From: an uncultured Ruminococcus sp.
GTDB taxonomy: Bacteria; Bacillota; Clostridia; Oscillospirales; Ruminococcaceae
Length of the DNA stretch: 64,000 nt
NCBI GenBank assembly: GCA_958428235.1
Contig: CAUAFG010000003.1
Span: 56,935 to 120,934, forward strand
Direction: 5' to 3'
Of this stretch, positions 17,978-29,284 are shown piece after piece. The translations under genes and the position numbers were made by a program. The notes under the pieces are model-generated. The model was not told the origin of the DNA. It did no database searches and saw only the letters and a list, made by a program, of their open reading frames with translations. Numbering within the stretch: the stretch's first letter is position 1; every line of letters begins with the position of its first letter.

Positions 17978-19000
17978 CTAAATCTCGTATTCCCGCCTGA
18001 GCTGACCGCAGGCGGCGTCTATATCCGAGCCAAGGGTTCTTCTTACAGTCGCATTAACTCCAAGACCGGTTAAAAGCCTTGCAAATTTCTGCGCCGCTCC
18101 CCTGTCCGAGGTAAACGAGCGTTCCTTTATTTTGTTTACCGGTATAATGTTAACGTGCGACGGCATCTTTTTAACAAGCTCTGCAAGCACCTCGGCATCT
18201 TCATACGAATCGTTTTCGCCGTTTATAAGGGCGTATTCAAAGGATATCCTGCGTCCTGTCCTGTCAAAATAATCGTAGCACGCCTTCATCAGCTCGTCTA
18301 TATGATACCGGTTGTTCACCGGCATAAGCTCGCTCCGTTTTTTATCGTTGGTCGCGTGGAGCGAGATGGATAACGTCAGATCCAGATCAAGTGCCGCCAG
18401 ATCGTATATCCTGTCTACCAGACCGCAAGTGGAAAGCGAAACGTGTCGCAGGCTCATATTTGTTCCCTGCTCGCTTGAAAGTATTTTCAGAAACTTTACA
18501 ACGTTGTCGAAATTGTCAAGCGGCTCGCCTATTCCCATTAAAACTATGCTCGATACCTTCCGCCCCGATATCCTTTCAGCCTCGTAAAGCTGCAAAAGAA
18601 TTTCAGACGGCTCTAAGCTTCGCTTATATCCCGCGATGGTCGAAGCGCAGAAGCGGCATCCCATTTTGCACCCGACCTGAGTTGAAACACAGAGCGAATC
18701 GCCATGCTCGTAGCTCATAAGTACGGTTTCGATATGGTTGCCGTCCGAAAGCTCGAACAGAAACTTCTCGGTATCGTCGAGCTTGGATTTAAGAACCCTT
18801 ACCGCCTTCAGCCTTCCGATATAATATTCTTCGGCAAGGCGCAAGCGCAGCTCGGACGAAAGGTTCGACATCTCGTCAAAGCTTGCAGCTCTTTTTTTAT
18901 GAAGCCACTGGTATATCTGCAAGGCGCGGAATTTCTTTTCGCCCATGGCTAAGATATCCGCTTCAAGCTCGCTTTGCTCCAAAGAAAGTATATCCTTCAT
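17978..19000 (-). CDS. rlmN: 23S rRNA (A2503-C2) methyltransferase RlmN, a radical-SAM enzyme.
   Basis: CVSTQVGCKMGCRFCAST. Confidence 0.9.
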   Translation of the reverse strand: MKDILSLEQSELEADILAMGEKKFRALQIYQWLHKKRAASFDEMSNLSSELRLRLAEEYYIGRLKAVRVLKSKLDDTEKFLFELSDGNHIETVLMSYEHGDSLCVSTQVGCKMGCRFCASTIAGYKRSLEPSEILLQLYEAERISGRKVSSIVLMGIGEPLDNFDNVVKFLKILSSEQGTNMSLRHVSLSTCGLVDRIYDLAALDLDLTLSISLHATNDKKRSELMPVNNRYHIDELMKACYDYFDRTGRRISFEYALINGENDSYEDAEVLAELVKKMPSHVNIIPVNKIKERSFTSDRGAAQKFARLLTGLGVNATVRRTLGSDIDAACGQLRREYEI

Positions 19001-19016
19001 AAATTACTACCCGTCT

Positions 19017-20321
19017 TTACTTTTTACGTCTGAATCTTGCTATAAAGAAGCCGTCTCCACCGGAGGTGTCCGGCGTTAGCGTTACCTTATAGCTTCCGAA
19101 TTCTTCTATTATATATGGCTCAAAGTCCTTGTTTTCGGCTAAGAATCTTTCAGCCTGATTGTCGTTTTCGGCGCGATTTAAGGTGCAGGTTGAATATACA
19201 AGGGTTCCGCCAGGCTTAACGTATCCCGCCGAAGCGGCAAGAATATCATGCTGGACGCTTGGCAGCCCCTCAATCGCGGTTCTGTCGCAATACTTGATTT
19301 CGGGCTTCCGCCTTATAACTCCCAAACCGGAGCATGGAACATCGCACAAAACGCTTTCCGCCTGAGGTATATCCTCGCTTACAACCTTTGCATTATTTGT
19401 CTTTGCCTCGATAATGTCAAGACCCAGCCGCTTAGCTCCCTGCGCTATCAGCCTTACGCGGTTTGCGTGAAGGTCAAACGCCAGAACTCTGCCCTTGTTT
19501 TCCATAAGCTCGGCGATTGTGAGCGCCTTTCCACCCGGAGCCGAACACATATCTAAAACGGTGTCTCCCGGCTTTGCGTCGACGCACTTAGCGCATATCT
19601 GACATGAAGCGTCCTGAACGTGGAACATTCCCTTTTTATAGGCTGAAAGTCTCTCGCAGGAGCCGCAGCCCTCAAGCTCGGCGCAGCCTGCCAAATCATC
19701 ACGCAGGGTTACCGACACGCCCTCGCCTTCAAGCTCGGATATTATTTCCTCAACCGCAAATTTTGCTGTATTCAGCCGAATAGACAGCGGCGGACGCCCC
19801 TGCGAAGAACGAAGCATAGATATTGCTGTTTCCTCGCCGTAATCGGTCATCCACATTTTAATCAGCCATTCGGGGCAGGAATACTCTATCGACAAATCTC
19901 TGTATTTAACACCGTAATGTGGCAGCTTTTTGCCGTCTCTGATAAAGCTTCTTAAAAGAGCGTTTACAAATCCGGCGGTTGCGGGGTTTTTATTGTCCTT
20001 TGCCAAAAGCACGCTTTCGTTTACGGCGGCACTGTCGGGCACGCTGTCCATATACAAAAGCTGGTATATTCCCATGCGAAGTATCGCCCGAACGCTTTCG
20101 GAAAGCTTATCAAGCGGTCGTGATGAGTGAGCCGCTATAACGGCGTCAAGGGTTATCTTTCTTTCTATAACGCCGTAATACAGCGCGGTTATGAATCTTC
20201 TGTCAACATCCTTTAAAAGCGTGTATTTCGACAGGGTCTGATCTAAAGCTATATTTGAATAGCTTTGATTGCGCTCGGTTGAAGCAAGCAGCTTTAAGGT
20301 GATTTCTCTTGGTGTCTGCAT
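19017..20321 (-). CDS. rsmB: 16S rRNA m5C967 methyltransferase RsmB (Sun).
   Basis: NusB-like N-terminus plus a methyltransferase domain: DMCSAPGGK and PCSGLG. Confidence 0.9.
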   Translation of the reverse strand: MQTPREITLKLLASTERNQSYSNIALDQTLSKYTLLKDVDRRFITALYYGVIERKITLDAVIAAHSSRPLDKLSESVRAILRMGIYQLLYMDSVPDSAAVNESVLLAKDNKNPATAGFVNALLRSFIRDGKKLPHYGVKYRDLSIEYSCPEWLIKMWMTDYGEETAISMLRSSQGRPPLSIRLNTAKFAVEEIISELEGEGVSVTLRDDLAGCAELEGCGSCERLSAYKKGMFHVQDASCQICAKCVDAKPGDTVLDMCSAPGGKALTIAELMENKGRVLAFDLHANRVRLIAQGAKRLGLDIIEAKTNNAKVVSEDIPQAESVLCDVPCSGLGVIRRKPEIKYCDRTAIEGLPSVQHDILAASAGYVKPGGTLVYSTCTLNRAENDNQAERFLAENKDFEPYIIEEFGSYKVTLTPDTSGGDGFFIARFRRKK

Positions 20322-21019
20322 CAGTCTCTCCGCCTTGTACCGCGATTTACTATCAGAAGAAGTCTGAAAATCGTTGAAATCGATGAAACCAGCGCCGCAA
20401 CATAGGTCATAGCGGCAGCTGAAAGAACCTTTTTGGACATTTTAAGCTCGTCGTCCTCAAGCATATTCTGCTCGCGAAGGGTTGTTAAAGCTCTTGAGCT
20501 TGCGTTGAACTCAACCGGCAGGGTGACAGCCTGAAATACTGCCATCAGCGAATAAAGCAGCACGCCTATCATCGCGATATTGTAGCTTGAAAATATCAAG
20601 CCTATCGCAAGAATGATAACGCCGAAGGACGAGCCGAAATTAGTCACCGGAACAAGCGCGGAGCGTATCTTTATCGGGGTATACTGCTCGGCGTGCTGAA
20701 CAGCGTGTCCGCACTCATGAGCCGCAACGCCTATCGCCGCAACTGAGGTTGAGGAATAAACGCTGTCCGAAAGCGAGACGGTATTTGTTTTTGGATTGTA
20801 GTTATCCGTAAGATTTCCGGCGATGTGGGCTATATTTACGTCATAAAGACCGTTATCGTCTAAAATTTTTCTTGCAACCTCGGCAGCTGTCCAGCCGCGG
20901 CTGTTATTGACCTTCTGATATTTTGAATAAGTCGAATTTACCTTAAACTGCGCATACAAGCCGAATAACAGTGCCGGTATAAGCAAAAGGTAGGTATAAT
21001 CAAACCAATAATAAGGCAT
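20321..21019 (-). CDS. Membrane zinc metallopeptidase (Zn_peptidase_2/COG2738-like).
   Basis: HECGHAVQH with flanking TM segments. Confidence 0.6.
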   Translation of the reverse strand: MPYYWFDYTYLLLIPALLFGLYAQFKVNSTYSKYQKVNNSRGWTAAEVARKILDDNGLYDVNIAHIAGNLTDNYNPKTNTVSLSDSVYSSTSVAAIGVAAHECGHAVQHAEQYTPIKIRSALVPVTNFGSSFGVIILAIGLIFSSYNIAMIGVLLYSLMAVFQAVTLPVEFNASSRALTTLREQNMLEDDELKMSKKVLSAAAMTYVAALVSSISTIFRLLLIVNRGTRRRD

Positions 21020-21044
21020 ATATTAATCCTTTCAGAATAAAATA

Positions 21045-21968
21045 CTAATTTATAATTGTGTTTTTGCTTATGGGATGTCCCCTTAAATAGTCTGCGGCGG
21101 GCATTCTTTTCGAGCCTTCCGCCTGAACCTCCAGAAATCTCACCGCACCCGAGCCGCAGGCGACCGTAAAATCGGCGGGATTTATGACAGTTCCGGGCTG
21201 TCCGCTTGCTTTTAGCTTTTCGCACCTGTATATTTTTAGCTTTTTGCCGCCGACAATGCAGGTGGCGCAGGGCCAGTCTGAAAGCCCCTGAATTTTATTG
21301 TAGACCTCTTCGCAGGAAACGCTGAAATCTATCGGACACATTTCCTTTGACAGCATCGGAGCGTAAGTAGCCTCGGCTTCGTCCTGCTTTATCGGCGTGA
21401 TTTCTCCGGCTTTAAGCCCCGCAAGGGTCTTTAATAGAAGCTCTGCGCCGACTGCGGAAAGTCGGTCGAAATACTCCGCGGCGGTTTCGAGATTTTCCAC
21501 CTTTACCGCCTGTTTTAAAAGCATATCGCCGGTGTCCAATCCCTCTGCCATCAGCATTGTAGTTATTCCGCCATATTCGTCGCCGTTGAGGACAGTCCAC
21601 TGAATCGGAGCCGCTCCGCGATATTTTGGCAGAAGCGAACCGTGAACGTTCACGCAGCCTAATTTTGGAATCGAAAGCACCTCCGGCGGGAGTATCTTGC
21701 CATACGCCACAACCACGATAACATCAGGGTCAAGCTCTTTAATTATGGGGGTGTACACCTCCGTCTCCCTCTTTAAAGAGGCGGGCTGGTACACCTTTAT
21801 ATCATGCGCCAAAGCAAACTCTTTAACCGGAGAAAATGCAAGCTTATTTCCCCTGCCCTTGGGCTTATCGGTCTGGGTGAAAACCGCCGCTATCTCCTCG
21901 CCGCTTTCATACAGTGCTTTCAGCGATGGAACGGCAAAATCCGGCGTTCCCATAAAAACTATTTTCAT
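21045..21968 (-). CDS. fmt: Methionyl-tRNA formyltransferase.
   Basis: MKIVFMGTPDFAVPSLKAL. Conserved def-fmt order. Confidence 0.9.
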   Translation of the reverse strand: MKIVFMGTPDFAVPSLKALYESGEEIAAVFTQTDKPKGRGNKLAFSPVKEFALAHDIKVYQPASLKRETEVYTPIIKELDPDVIVVVAYGKILPPEVLSIPKLGCVNVHGSLLPKYRGAAPIQWTVLNGDEYGGITTMLMAEGLDTGDMLLKQAVKVENLETAAEYFDRLSAVGAELLLKTLAGLKAGEITPIKQDEAEATYAPMLSKEMCPIDFSVSCEEVYNKIQGLSDWPCATCIVGGKKLKIYRCEKLKASGQPGTVINPADFTVACGSGAVRFLEVQAEGSKRMPAADYLRGHPISKNTIIN

Positions 21969-22014
21969 ATATTACCATGCCTTTCCGCAAGCACAAATCA
22001 GTTATCGATAAAAC

Positions 22015-22491
22015 TTAATCTCCGTCCTTCTCGTCCTCTTCGACATACGGAGCCTCGATATTGTCAGGAAGCGTAATGCCATCTAAATGGTTGAGCTCGT
22101 GGCATACGCATCTTGCAAAAAGGTCGCTAACCTCGCGCTCGTACTCGTTTCCGAACCTGTCCTGCGCCTTGAACTTAACCGTTTTTGGGCGGGTGACATA
22201 GCCATAAAGCTCGGGATATGAAAGACAGCCCTCGGTGCCATACTGAGTTTCCTCAGACTGCCATGTTATTTCGGGATTGATAAGCTCGATATATTCTTCG
22301 CCGACGTCGATTACCACTGCCCGCCTTATTATGCCCACCTGCGGGGCGGCAAGTCCTACTCCTTCCGCCTTGTACATGGTTTCCTTCATGTCATCTAAAA
22401 GCTGATGAAGTCTTGAATCGAACTTTTCTACCGGCTTGCATTTTTTTAAAAGCACCGGATCGCCGTCGGTTACTATTTTACGAAGTGCCAT
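22015..22491 (-). CDS. def: Peptide deformylase.
   Basis: GVGLAAPQVG, EGCLS and HELNHLDG. Confidence 0.9.
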   Translation of the reverse strand: MALRKIVTDGDPVLLKKCKPVEKFDSRLHQLLDDMKETMYKAEGVGLAAPQVGIIRRAVVIDVGEEYIELINPEITWQSEETQYGTEGCLSYPELYGYVTRPKTVKFKAQDRFGNEYEREVSDLFARCVCHELNHLDGITLPDNIEAPYVEEDEKDGD

Positions 22492-22549
22492 TGTTTTATT
22501 ACGTCCTCTCTATTACTATATTAACATTGTCCTGTAATTATTATTATGT

Positions 22550-24991
22550 TCACAATCCGTTGATATCCGCATGTACCCTTACATTGGCAAAACTGCGGTT
22601 TTTAGATGCCGCCGTCAGCATTTCTGCCATAAACGAGCGGAAATTTTTTGACGCTCTGCATTTTATGGTGAGTGCGTATTTATGTCTGCCATTTATTCTG
22701 CCATATCCCGATTTTGCGGGGCCTAAAACCCTCAGCGGAAATTTATCATTGATATTTTGCAGACCCGCGCGCATCATCTCAACAAATTCGTTTGCTGCGC
22801 GCAAAGCGTCCGCTTCAAGGGTGGAGCTGAAATACACCGAGCAGATGTCGCAAAAAGGCGGATATATCATCTCGCGGCGCAGGGCTATCTCTCCGGCGTA
22901 AAAGCCCTTGTAATCCTGCCGTGAGGCAAGCTCTATTATGTGATGATCCGGAACAAAGGTTTGTATATATGCAACAGCCTCCTGCTCACCTCTGCCGCCT
23001 CTGCCGCAGACCTGAGTCAACAGCGAAAACGTCCGCTCAAAGCTTCGGTAATCGCCTGCAAACAGCGAGCTGTCAAGCGATATCACCCCGACGGTTGTCA
23101 CCTTGGGAAAATCCAAACCCTTTGCTATCATCTGGGTGCCGACCATTATATCGTAATCCCCGCGCTCAAAGGCGGAGAATTTTTCTTCGTATGCATATCG
23201 CGAACAGGTGGTATCAGCATCCATCCGCAAAACTCTTGCGTCGGGGAAGAACTTGGCAAGCTCCTCTTCTAAAAGCTGGGTTCCTAAACCCGAAAGCCTT
23301 ACGCTGTCCGACCCGCAATCACGGCATTTGCCGCCGAATGTCTCATAATACCCACAGTAATGGCACATCAGCTTGCCGTTTGACTTATGATATGTCAATG
23401 GGATAAGGCATTTCGGACACTTTATTGCCGAGTGGCACTTCAGGCAGGTTGCGGTTGTATTGTATCCGCGGCGGTTTAAAAGAAGTATCGACTGGTTGCC
23501 TTTTCCCATTTCCTCACGGATGCGCCGCACCATATCCTCACAGAAAATGCTTTCGTTGCCGTTTTCCGCTTCGGTTATCATATCTGCAACTACCACCTGC
23601 GGAAGCTTTGTATCGCCGTAGCGGTTTTTAAGCTCAAACAGGCTGAATCTTCCGCTTTTTGCGTGATAATAGCTTTCGAGCGACGGTGTTGCCGAAGCAA
23701 GAAGCAAAACGCAGTTGTGCGTTCCGCAGCGCTTTATTGCAACGTCGCGCGCGTGATATCTTGGCGAAGCCTCAGATTTGTAGCTTGGCTCGCCCTCCTC
23801 GTCCATGATGATTATTCCTATATCCGAAAGCGGTGCGAACACCGCGCTTCTGGTGCCGATGACTATTTTAGCGTCTCCCCGACGAATTCTTTTAAATTCG
23901 TCCAGCCGCTGTCCAACAGACAGCCCCGAATGTATCACCGCAACGGTATCTCCGAAATACCCCGAAAACCTTGCCACCGTCTGGGGCGTCAGCGAAATTT
24001 CCGGCACAAGCATTAAAGCCGACTTTCCAAGGGAAAGAACATACTCAATCAGCCTGATAAAAACCGCCGTCTTTCCGCTTCCGGTGACGCCATATAACAG
24101 TGCTCCCGCCGGCTTATGCGCGTCTATAAGGCTTTTAACGCCCTCATAGGCTTTTGTCTGCTCTTCGGAAAGGGATATTTCCGGTGCGGGCTTGCCCTGA
24201 TGCCTTTGAGGTGTTCTTAAAGCTTCGTAGCGGTATTCCTCCAAAACGCCTTTTTTAACCATGTTTGTTATTATGGTGGGGGTTACGCTCAGGTAATAGC
24301 AGGTTTCCTTAACCGAGGCGGTTTCGTTTTCGGTGAGAAAGTCGACCACCTGCTTCTGCTTGACTGTAAAGCCCTTTTGGTTGTTTTCAAGATAATCCGG
24401 CGTAAGCCTTATCATGCGAACGGTTTCGTCGCCCACCCTGCGCTTGAATTTGTCCAACTCCTCCAAAACGCCCTTTTCTACAAGAGACTTAACCACCGCT
24501 TCCTTGGATTTATCCACACCGCAGTCGATGATTTCGTCGAACTCACGTCTTGAAGATGCTCCTTTTAAAGCTGTCAGCAGGGCTTCCTCTTCCTCCGAAA
24601 GCTCCTCGTCCGGCAGATGGTTTGATATCTCGTAAACGCTCTGTCTGACTACCGAATATCCAGCAGGGACTATAGTCCGAAACGCTTCAAAAAAGGTGCA
24701 AAACGTATGCTCCTTCAGCCAGAAAACCATATTCAAAAGCTCATCGTTAACAAGCGGCTCTTTATCCACTATGCTGATAATCGGCTTAAGCCTTTCGTCC
24801 GGCTCGGGCTTTACATAGGTTCTTGTAACCAGACCGATGCGCTTTGAATTGCCCTTGCCAAACGGCACCAAAACTCTCATCCCGGGCTTTAAAACCGGCG
24901 CGAGAATCTCGGGATATTTATAGGTATATTCGGTATCATAGCCGTAAGCAGCTTCGGAAATGGCAACCTTTGCCGCATGGGTACTGTTCAT
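22550..24991 (-). CDS. priA: Primosomal protein N' (PriA helicase).
   Basis: Walker A GVTGSGKT, DEEGE, and Cys4 zinc-binding region CLKCHSAIKCPKC...CHYCGY. Confidence 0.9.
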   Translation of the reverse strand: MNSTHAAKVAISEAAYGYDTEYTYKYPEILAPVLKPGMRVLVPFGKGNSKRIGLVTRTYVKPEPDERLKPIISIVDKEPLVNDELLNMVFWLKEHTFCTFFEAFRTIVPAGYSVVRQSVYEISNHLPDEELSEEEEALLTALKGASSRREFDEIIDCGVDKSKEAVVKSLVEKGVLEELDKFKRRVGDETVRMIRLTPDYLENNQKGFTVKQKQVVDFLTENETASVKETCYYLSVTPTIITNMVKKGVLEEYRYEALRTPQRHQGKPAPEISLSEEQTKAYEGVKSLIDAHKPAGALLYGVTGSGKTAVFIRLIEYVLSLGKSALMLVPEISLTPQTVARFSGYFGDTVAVIHSGLSVGQRLDEFKRIRRGDAKIVIGTRSAVFAPLSDIGIIIMDEEGEPSYKSEASPRYHARDVAIKRCGTHNCVLLLASATPSLESYYHAKSGRFSLFELKNRYGDTKLPQVVVADMITEAENGNESIFCEDMVRRIREEMGKGNQSILLLNRRGYNTTATCLKCHSAIKCPKCLIPLTYHKSNGKLMCHYCGYYETFGGKCRDCGSDSVRLSGLGTQLLEEELAKFFPDARVLRMDADTTCSRYAYEEKFSAFERGDYDIMVGTQMIAKGLDFPKVTTVGVISLDSSLFAGDYRSFERTFSLLTQVCGRGGRGEQEAVAYIQTFVPDHHIIELASRQDYKGFYAGEIALRREMIYPPFCDICSVYFSSTLEADALRAANEFVEMMRAGLQNINDKFPLRVLGPAKSGYGRINGRHKYALTIKCRASKNFRSFMAEMLTAASKNRSFANVRVHADINGL

Positions 24992-25073
24992 ATGTAAAAC
25001 CATGCCTTTCATACTGTCTTAAGATTTGCGCCGCCGTTTTAACGGGCAGTACAAATCTTAAGCTTCAAGCTTT

Positions 25074-25283
25074 TTACTTTCTTTTAAGGGAAGAATCCTC
25101 CACCAGTCTGTATTCGCCGTTTGCAAACTGCTCTACCGCGGTTGCAACCGGCTTGCGGTCGATTATCTCCTTCGCGTCGTAAGCGGTATCAATAATTTCC
25201 CTTGCGCGCTTTGCAACGCCTATTACCAAAGAATAGGTGCTTTCGCCGTTCTTTAAAATCTGTGAGCTTGAAGGTCTTAACAT
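25074..25283 (-). CDS. rpoZ: RNA polymerase omega subunit.
   Basis: 69 aa, MLRPSSSQILKNGESTYSLVIGVAKRAREI. Confidence 0.8.
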   Translation of the reverse strand: MLRPSSSQILKNGESTYSLVIGVAKRAREIIDTAYDAKEIIDRKPVATAVEQFANGEYRLVEDSSLKRK

Positions 25284-25885
25284 TTTTCCAGCACTCCTTT
25301 AATTATTTCGTTATTTTTATTTACAAGATGTTTGGCTGATTTCATTATCATCATCAAATCGTCAACGGCTTCCGAAAGATTGTCGTTTACGAACACATAA
25401 TCATAGTTATTTGCAAGTCTGATTTCGCGGTACGCCTGCGTTACTCTTTTTTGGATAACTTCCTCGGTCTCGGTGCCCCTGCCCTCTAACCTGTGGGCAA
25501 GCTCATCTATCGACGGCGGAAGCATGAATATAAGCACAGCCTCTGGACATACCGATTTTACCATCATAGCGCCGGCGGTTTCAATCTCTAAAATCACGTC
25601 CTTCCCCTCGGCGAGCTTTTCCTCTATGGGTGCCTTGGGGGTGCCGTAGTAGTTATCCACAAAGGTAGCGTATTCCAGCATACCGTCGTTCCGGACAAGC
25701 TCTAAAAAACGCTCCTTGGTTACAAAATAGTAATTTACGCCGTCGACCTCGCCCTCGCGCGGCTGTCTTGTCGTTGCGGAAACGGAGTAGTAAACATTGT
25801 CGGTTTTTTTGAAAAGCTCATTCAGAACCGTCCCCTTGCCGCAGCCCGACGGCGCGGAAAGCACATAAAGTGTACCCTTATTCAT
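25277..25885 (-). CDS. gmk: Guanylate kinase.
   Basis: GPSGCGKGT. Confidence 0.9.
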   Translation of the reverse strand: MNKGTLYVLSAPSGCGKGTVLNELFKKTDNVYYSVSATTRQPREGEVDGVNYYFVTKERFLELVRNDGMLEYATFVDNYYGTPKAPIEEKLAEGKDVILEIETAGAMMVKSVCPEAVLIFMLPPSIDELAHRLEGRGTETEEVIQKRVTQAYREIRLANNYDYVFVNDNLSEAVDDLMMIMKSAKHLVNKNNEIIKGVLEKC

Positions 25886-26129
25886 TTTCCTCAGCCTCTA
25901 TTTTACCCAAAATATATTCGGAAGTCCTTGAAGATAGTATAACGTGGTCGCTGACTGTGACTATAACCGTCTTGGTTTTTTTGCCGTAGGTACAGTCGAT
26001 AAGCGCGCCCTTATCCTTTGCCTCCTGAACAAGCCTTTTTATCGGCGATGAGTCGGGAGAAGCAAGCGCTACCACCTTATCCGCCGAAACATAGCAGGAA
26101 TACCCGATATTCAACATTCCATCATTCAT
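25878..26129 (-). CDS. remA: DUF370/RemA-family small regulator.
   Basis: MLNIGYSCYVSADKVVALASPDSSPIKRL. Position between yicC and gmk. Confidence 0.7.
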   Translation of the reverse strand: MNDGMLNIGYSCYVSADKVVALASPDSSPIKRLVQEAKDKGALIDCTYGKKTKTVIVTVSDHVILSSRTSEYILGKIEAEENE

Positions 26130-26142
26130 AGCATAACCTCGT

Positions 26143-27021
26143 TTACTCTATGTTCTGGATCTGCTCCCTCACCTTTTCAATGGTACTCTTTAAATCAACT
26201 ACCATTTTGGTGATTGTAAGGTCGGAGCATTTCGAGCCGGTGGTGTTGACCTCGCGGTTCATCTCCTGAACTAAAAAATCAAGCTTTTTGCCGATAGGCT
26301 CGTCAAGCTCTAAAAGCTCCCTGAAGGAAGCCACATGACTTTTTAGCCTTACGGTTTCCTCGTCCACGGCGGTTTTATCCGCGAATATTGCGGCTTCGGT
26401 GAGTATCCTTGCCTCGTCGATATTCTTGTCCTGCAAAATGTCGCACAGCTTCTGATACAGCCTTTCGCGGTATTCCTTTGTAACCTCCGGCGAGCGAAGC
26501 TCTATCTTGGCAACGGTTTCTTCGATATAATCAAGCTTGGTGAGAATGTCCGCTTTAAGACGTTCGCCCTCCCGCCTGCGCATATCCACAAAGCCCTCAA
26601 GCGCAGCAGAAGCGGTCGCCCTGACCTCCTCCCAAAGCTCGTTTTCGTCGGTTTCCGCTTTGGTTACGGTGAAGATATCCGGAATTCCGAAAAGCCTTGT
26701 AAGAGTAATATCGTCGGTAAGGTTAAGAGTAGAGTTTGCCTTGCGAAGGGCGGATATGTAATTTTCGGCAAGCGGAGTGTTAACCTCAACGCTAACGTCC
26801 GAGCCGTCGTTAGTTGATATACTTACATAAGCTTCCACCTTTCCCCTGCTAATAGAAGCCGAGAAAAGTGCTTTAAGCTTGTCCTCAATGTATCCGTACT
26901 GCCTTGGAACGCGCGAGGAAAACTCGAAGAATTTATGGTTTACGCTTCTTATCTCAACAGTTATCTCTCTGGCTCCGAACAGCATTTTCGACCGTCCGTA
27001 GCCCGTCATGCTTTTTGGCAT
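26143..27021 (-). CDS. YicC/YloC-family protein.
   Basis: MPKSMTGYGRS N-terminus, 292 aa. Conserved neighbourhood. Confidence 0.8.
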   Translation of the reverse strand: MPKSMTGYGRSKMLFGAREITVEIRSVNHKFFEFSSRVPRQYGYIEDKLKALFSASISRGKVEAYVSISTNDGSDVSVEVNTPLAENYISALRKANSTLNLTDDITLTRLFGIPDIFTVTKAETDENELWEEVRATASAALEGFVDMRRREGERLKADILTKLDYIEETVAKIELRSPEVTKEYRERLYQKLCDILQDKNIDEARILTEAAIFADKTAVDEETVRLKSHVASFRELLELDEPIGKKLDFLVQEMNREVNTTGSKCSDLTITKMVVDLKSTIEKVREQIQNIE

Positions 27022-27232
27022 ACCAAAACTCCTTTATATAATAATATTAATCCATAATACTCCAATATATATTCAGTATTATATCACATTCAATGAAATA
27101 AAGCAAGCAATCACACAAAAATTTAAGATTACAGTATGGTTACATATTTTCTCAGTAAGAAAAAACATCTTGAATCACGAGCAGAAATGTGTTACAATAT
27201 TATTATAAATTAAAGTATCGGAGATAACTGCC

Positions 27233-27835
27233 ATGAACGAGAATGCAATAAAATCAAAGGAAAGATTTATAGATATTTTCCGCACAAACATCAAGCGCGA
27301 CGGTGCTGACAAGCTTTTGGAGTTTTTGCAGTCAAAATGCGATTTCTTCACCGCCCCCGCTTCAACCAAGTTCCACTGCGCCTACGAGGGCGGCTTATGC
27401 GAACATAGTCTTAACGTTTACGACTGCTTAAAGTCGTATCTTGAAACGGACAGAGCAAAAGAAACCTTCGGGCTTAAATTCAGCGACGAGACAATAGCCA
27501 TTTCCGCCCTGCTTCACGACATCTGCAAGATAAACACGTATGTTGTAAGTATGCGAAACGTCAAAAACGACAAAACAGGTCAATGGGAAAAGGTTCCCTA
27601 TTACGACTACAACGACACTCTGCCATACGGTCATGGTGAAAAGTCGGTATACATAGTAAGCGGATTTATGCGCCTGACCCGCGACGAAGCCATGGCTATC
27701 CGCTGGCACATGGGATTCTCGGGTGAGGAAAACGTAAAGCTCATAGGAAACGCCTTAAGAATGTATCCCTTGGCACTGGCACTGAGCATAGCCGACTGCG
27801 AGGCTTCGAGCTTTGTTGAGGAGAGAAGGAACTAA
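27233..27835 (+). CDS. HD-domain metal-dependent phosphohydrolase.
   Basis: H..H...LLHDICK motif. TTGAAT-17-TACAAT promoter upstream. Confidence 0.65.
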   Translation: MNENAIKSKERFIDIFRTNIKRDGADKLLEFLQSKCDFFTAPASTKFHCAYEGGLCEHSLNVYDCLKSYLETDRAKETFGLKFSDETIAISALLHDICKINTYVVSMRNVKNDKTGQWEKVPYYDYNDTLPYGHGEKSVYIVSGFMRLTRDEAMAIRWHMGFSGEENVKLIGNALRMYPLALALSIADCEASSFVEERRN

Positions 27836-27892
27836 TCCTTCACAAATAAAAAGCACCGGATGTAACTCCGATGCTTTTTTATTATACTAAAA

Positions 27893-29284
27893 TCAGAACT
27901 TCAGATTCTTAGGCGTTCTCGCATACGCGCAAACATCGCGGATATTTGCAACACCTGTTACATACATCAGAAGCCTTTCAAGACCCAGTCCGAAGCCGGA
28001 ATGTACCACTCCGCCGTACTTTCTCAGGTCTAAGTACCACTCCAGACCTTCCTTTTCCATGCCCATATCGTCCATCTTTTTAACAAGGACATCATAGTTT
28101 TCCTCACGCTGAGAGCCACCTATAAGCTCTCCAACTCCGGGAACCAGCAGGTCGCATGCGGCGACAGTCTTGCCGTCGGGGTTGAGCTTCATATAAAATG
28201 CCTTTATATCCTTGGGGAAATCTATGAGGAACACGGGACCCTTTGCAATCTTTTCGCAGATGTACATTTCATGCTCCTTGAAGAAGTCCATGCCCCACTC
28301 TACCTTGTTTTCAAACTTAACGTCCGCCTTAAGGAGATAATCTACAGCCTCGGTGTAGGTTATAACCTTAAACTCGGAGTTTGCAACGTGCTCAAGCTTA
28401 GAGATAAGATCGTGCTTTTCAACTACGAAGTCGTTTAAGAACTTAAGCTCGTCCTTGGCGTTTTCCAGAACGTCCTTGATTACGTATTTGAGCATTGCCT
28501 CCATAACCGCCATATCGCCCTTAAGGTCGCAGAATGCCATCTCGGGCTCTATCATCCAGAACTCGCTGGCGTGATATGGGGTGTTGGAGTTTTCCGCGCG
28601 GAAGGTTGGACCGAAGGTGTAAACCTTGCCCAAAGCAAGCGCAAACGGCTCGACATGGAGCTGACCCGAAACGGTTAAGCAGGCGTGACGTCCGAAGAAA
28701 TCCTCTTCATAGTTGCCGTCGTTTCTGGTGGTTACGGTAAATGTCTCGCCCGCTCCTTCGGCGTCGTTGCCGGTGATGAGTGGAGTGTGGATATAGTTAA
28801 AGCCGTTCTTGCGGAAGAACTCGTGCAGAGACTGCGAAATTATCGAGCGGATCTTAAATACCGCCATAAAGGTGTTGGTTCTGGGGCGCAGATGAGGAAT
28901 CTCGCGCAGGAACTCCAGCGAGTGGCGTTTTTTCTGCAAGGGATAGCTTGCGTCGCAGTCGCCCAAAAGCTCGGCTTCGCTTGCGTTGATTTCAAAAGGC
29001 TGCTTAGCTTCGGGAGTGACTACAAGACTACCGGTGATTCTTACGGCGCATCCGGTAAGAAGCTTTGAAATATCGGCGTAGTTTGAGATTTTCTCCGCCT
29101 CGTAAACCACCTGACAGCAGGTGAAGCATGAGCCGTCGTTAAGGGAGATAAATCCTATTTTATTATTGGAGCGATTGGTTCTTATCCAGCCCTCGATTGT
29201 AACCTCTGCGCCTTCGCAAAGGGCGGCATTGGGCATAAGACCTTTAACGCTTTTGTAGATTTCATCAATAGAATATTTCGCCAT
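27893..29284 (-). CDS. asnS: Asparaginyl-tRNA synthetase.
   Basis: Class II motifs [18 protein letters not shown] and [15 protein letters not shown]-17-TATAAT promoter. No T-box was seen. Confidence 0.9.
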   Translation of the reverse strand: MAKYSIDEIYKSVKGLMPNAALCEGAEVTIEGWIRTNRSNNKIGFISLNDGSCFTCCQVVYEAEKISNYADISKLLTGCAVRITGSLVVTPEAKQPFEINASEAELLGDCDASYPLQKKRHSLEFLREIPHLRPRTNTFMAVFKIRSIISQSLHEFFRKNGFNYIHTPLITGNDAEGAGETFTVTTRNDGNYEEDFFGRHACLTVSGQLHVEPFALALGKVYTFGPTFRAENSNTPYHASEFWMIEPEMAFCDLKGDMAVMEAMLKYVIKDVLENAKDELKFLNDFVVEKHDLISKLEHVANSEFKVITYTEAVDYLLKADVKFENKVEWGMDFFKEHEMYICEKIAKGPVFLIDFPKDIKAFYMKLNPDGKTVAACDLLVPGVGELIGGSQREENYDVLVKKMDDMGMEKEGLEWYLDLRKYGGVVHSGFGLGLERLLMYVTGVANIRDVCAYARTPKNLKF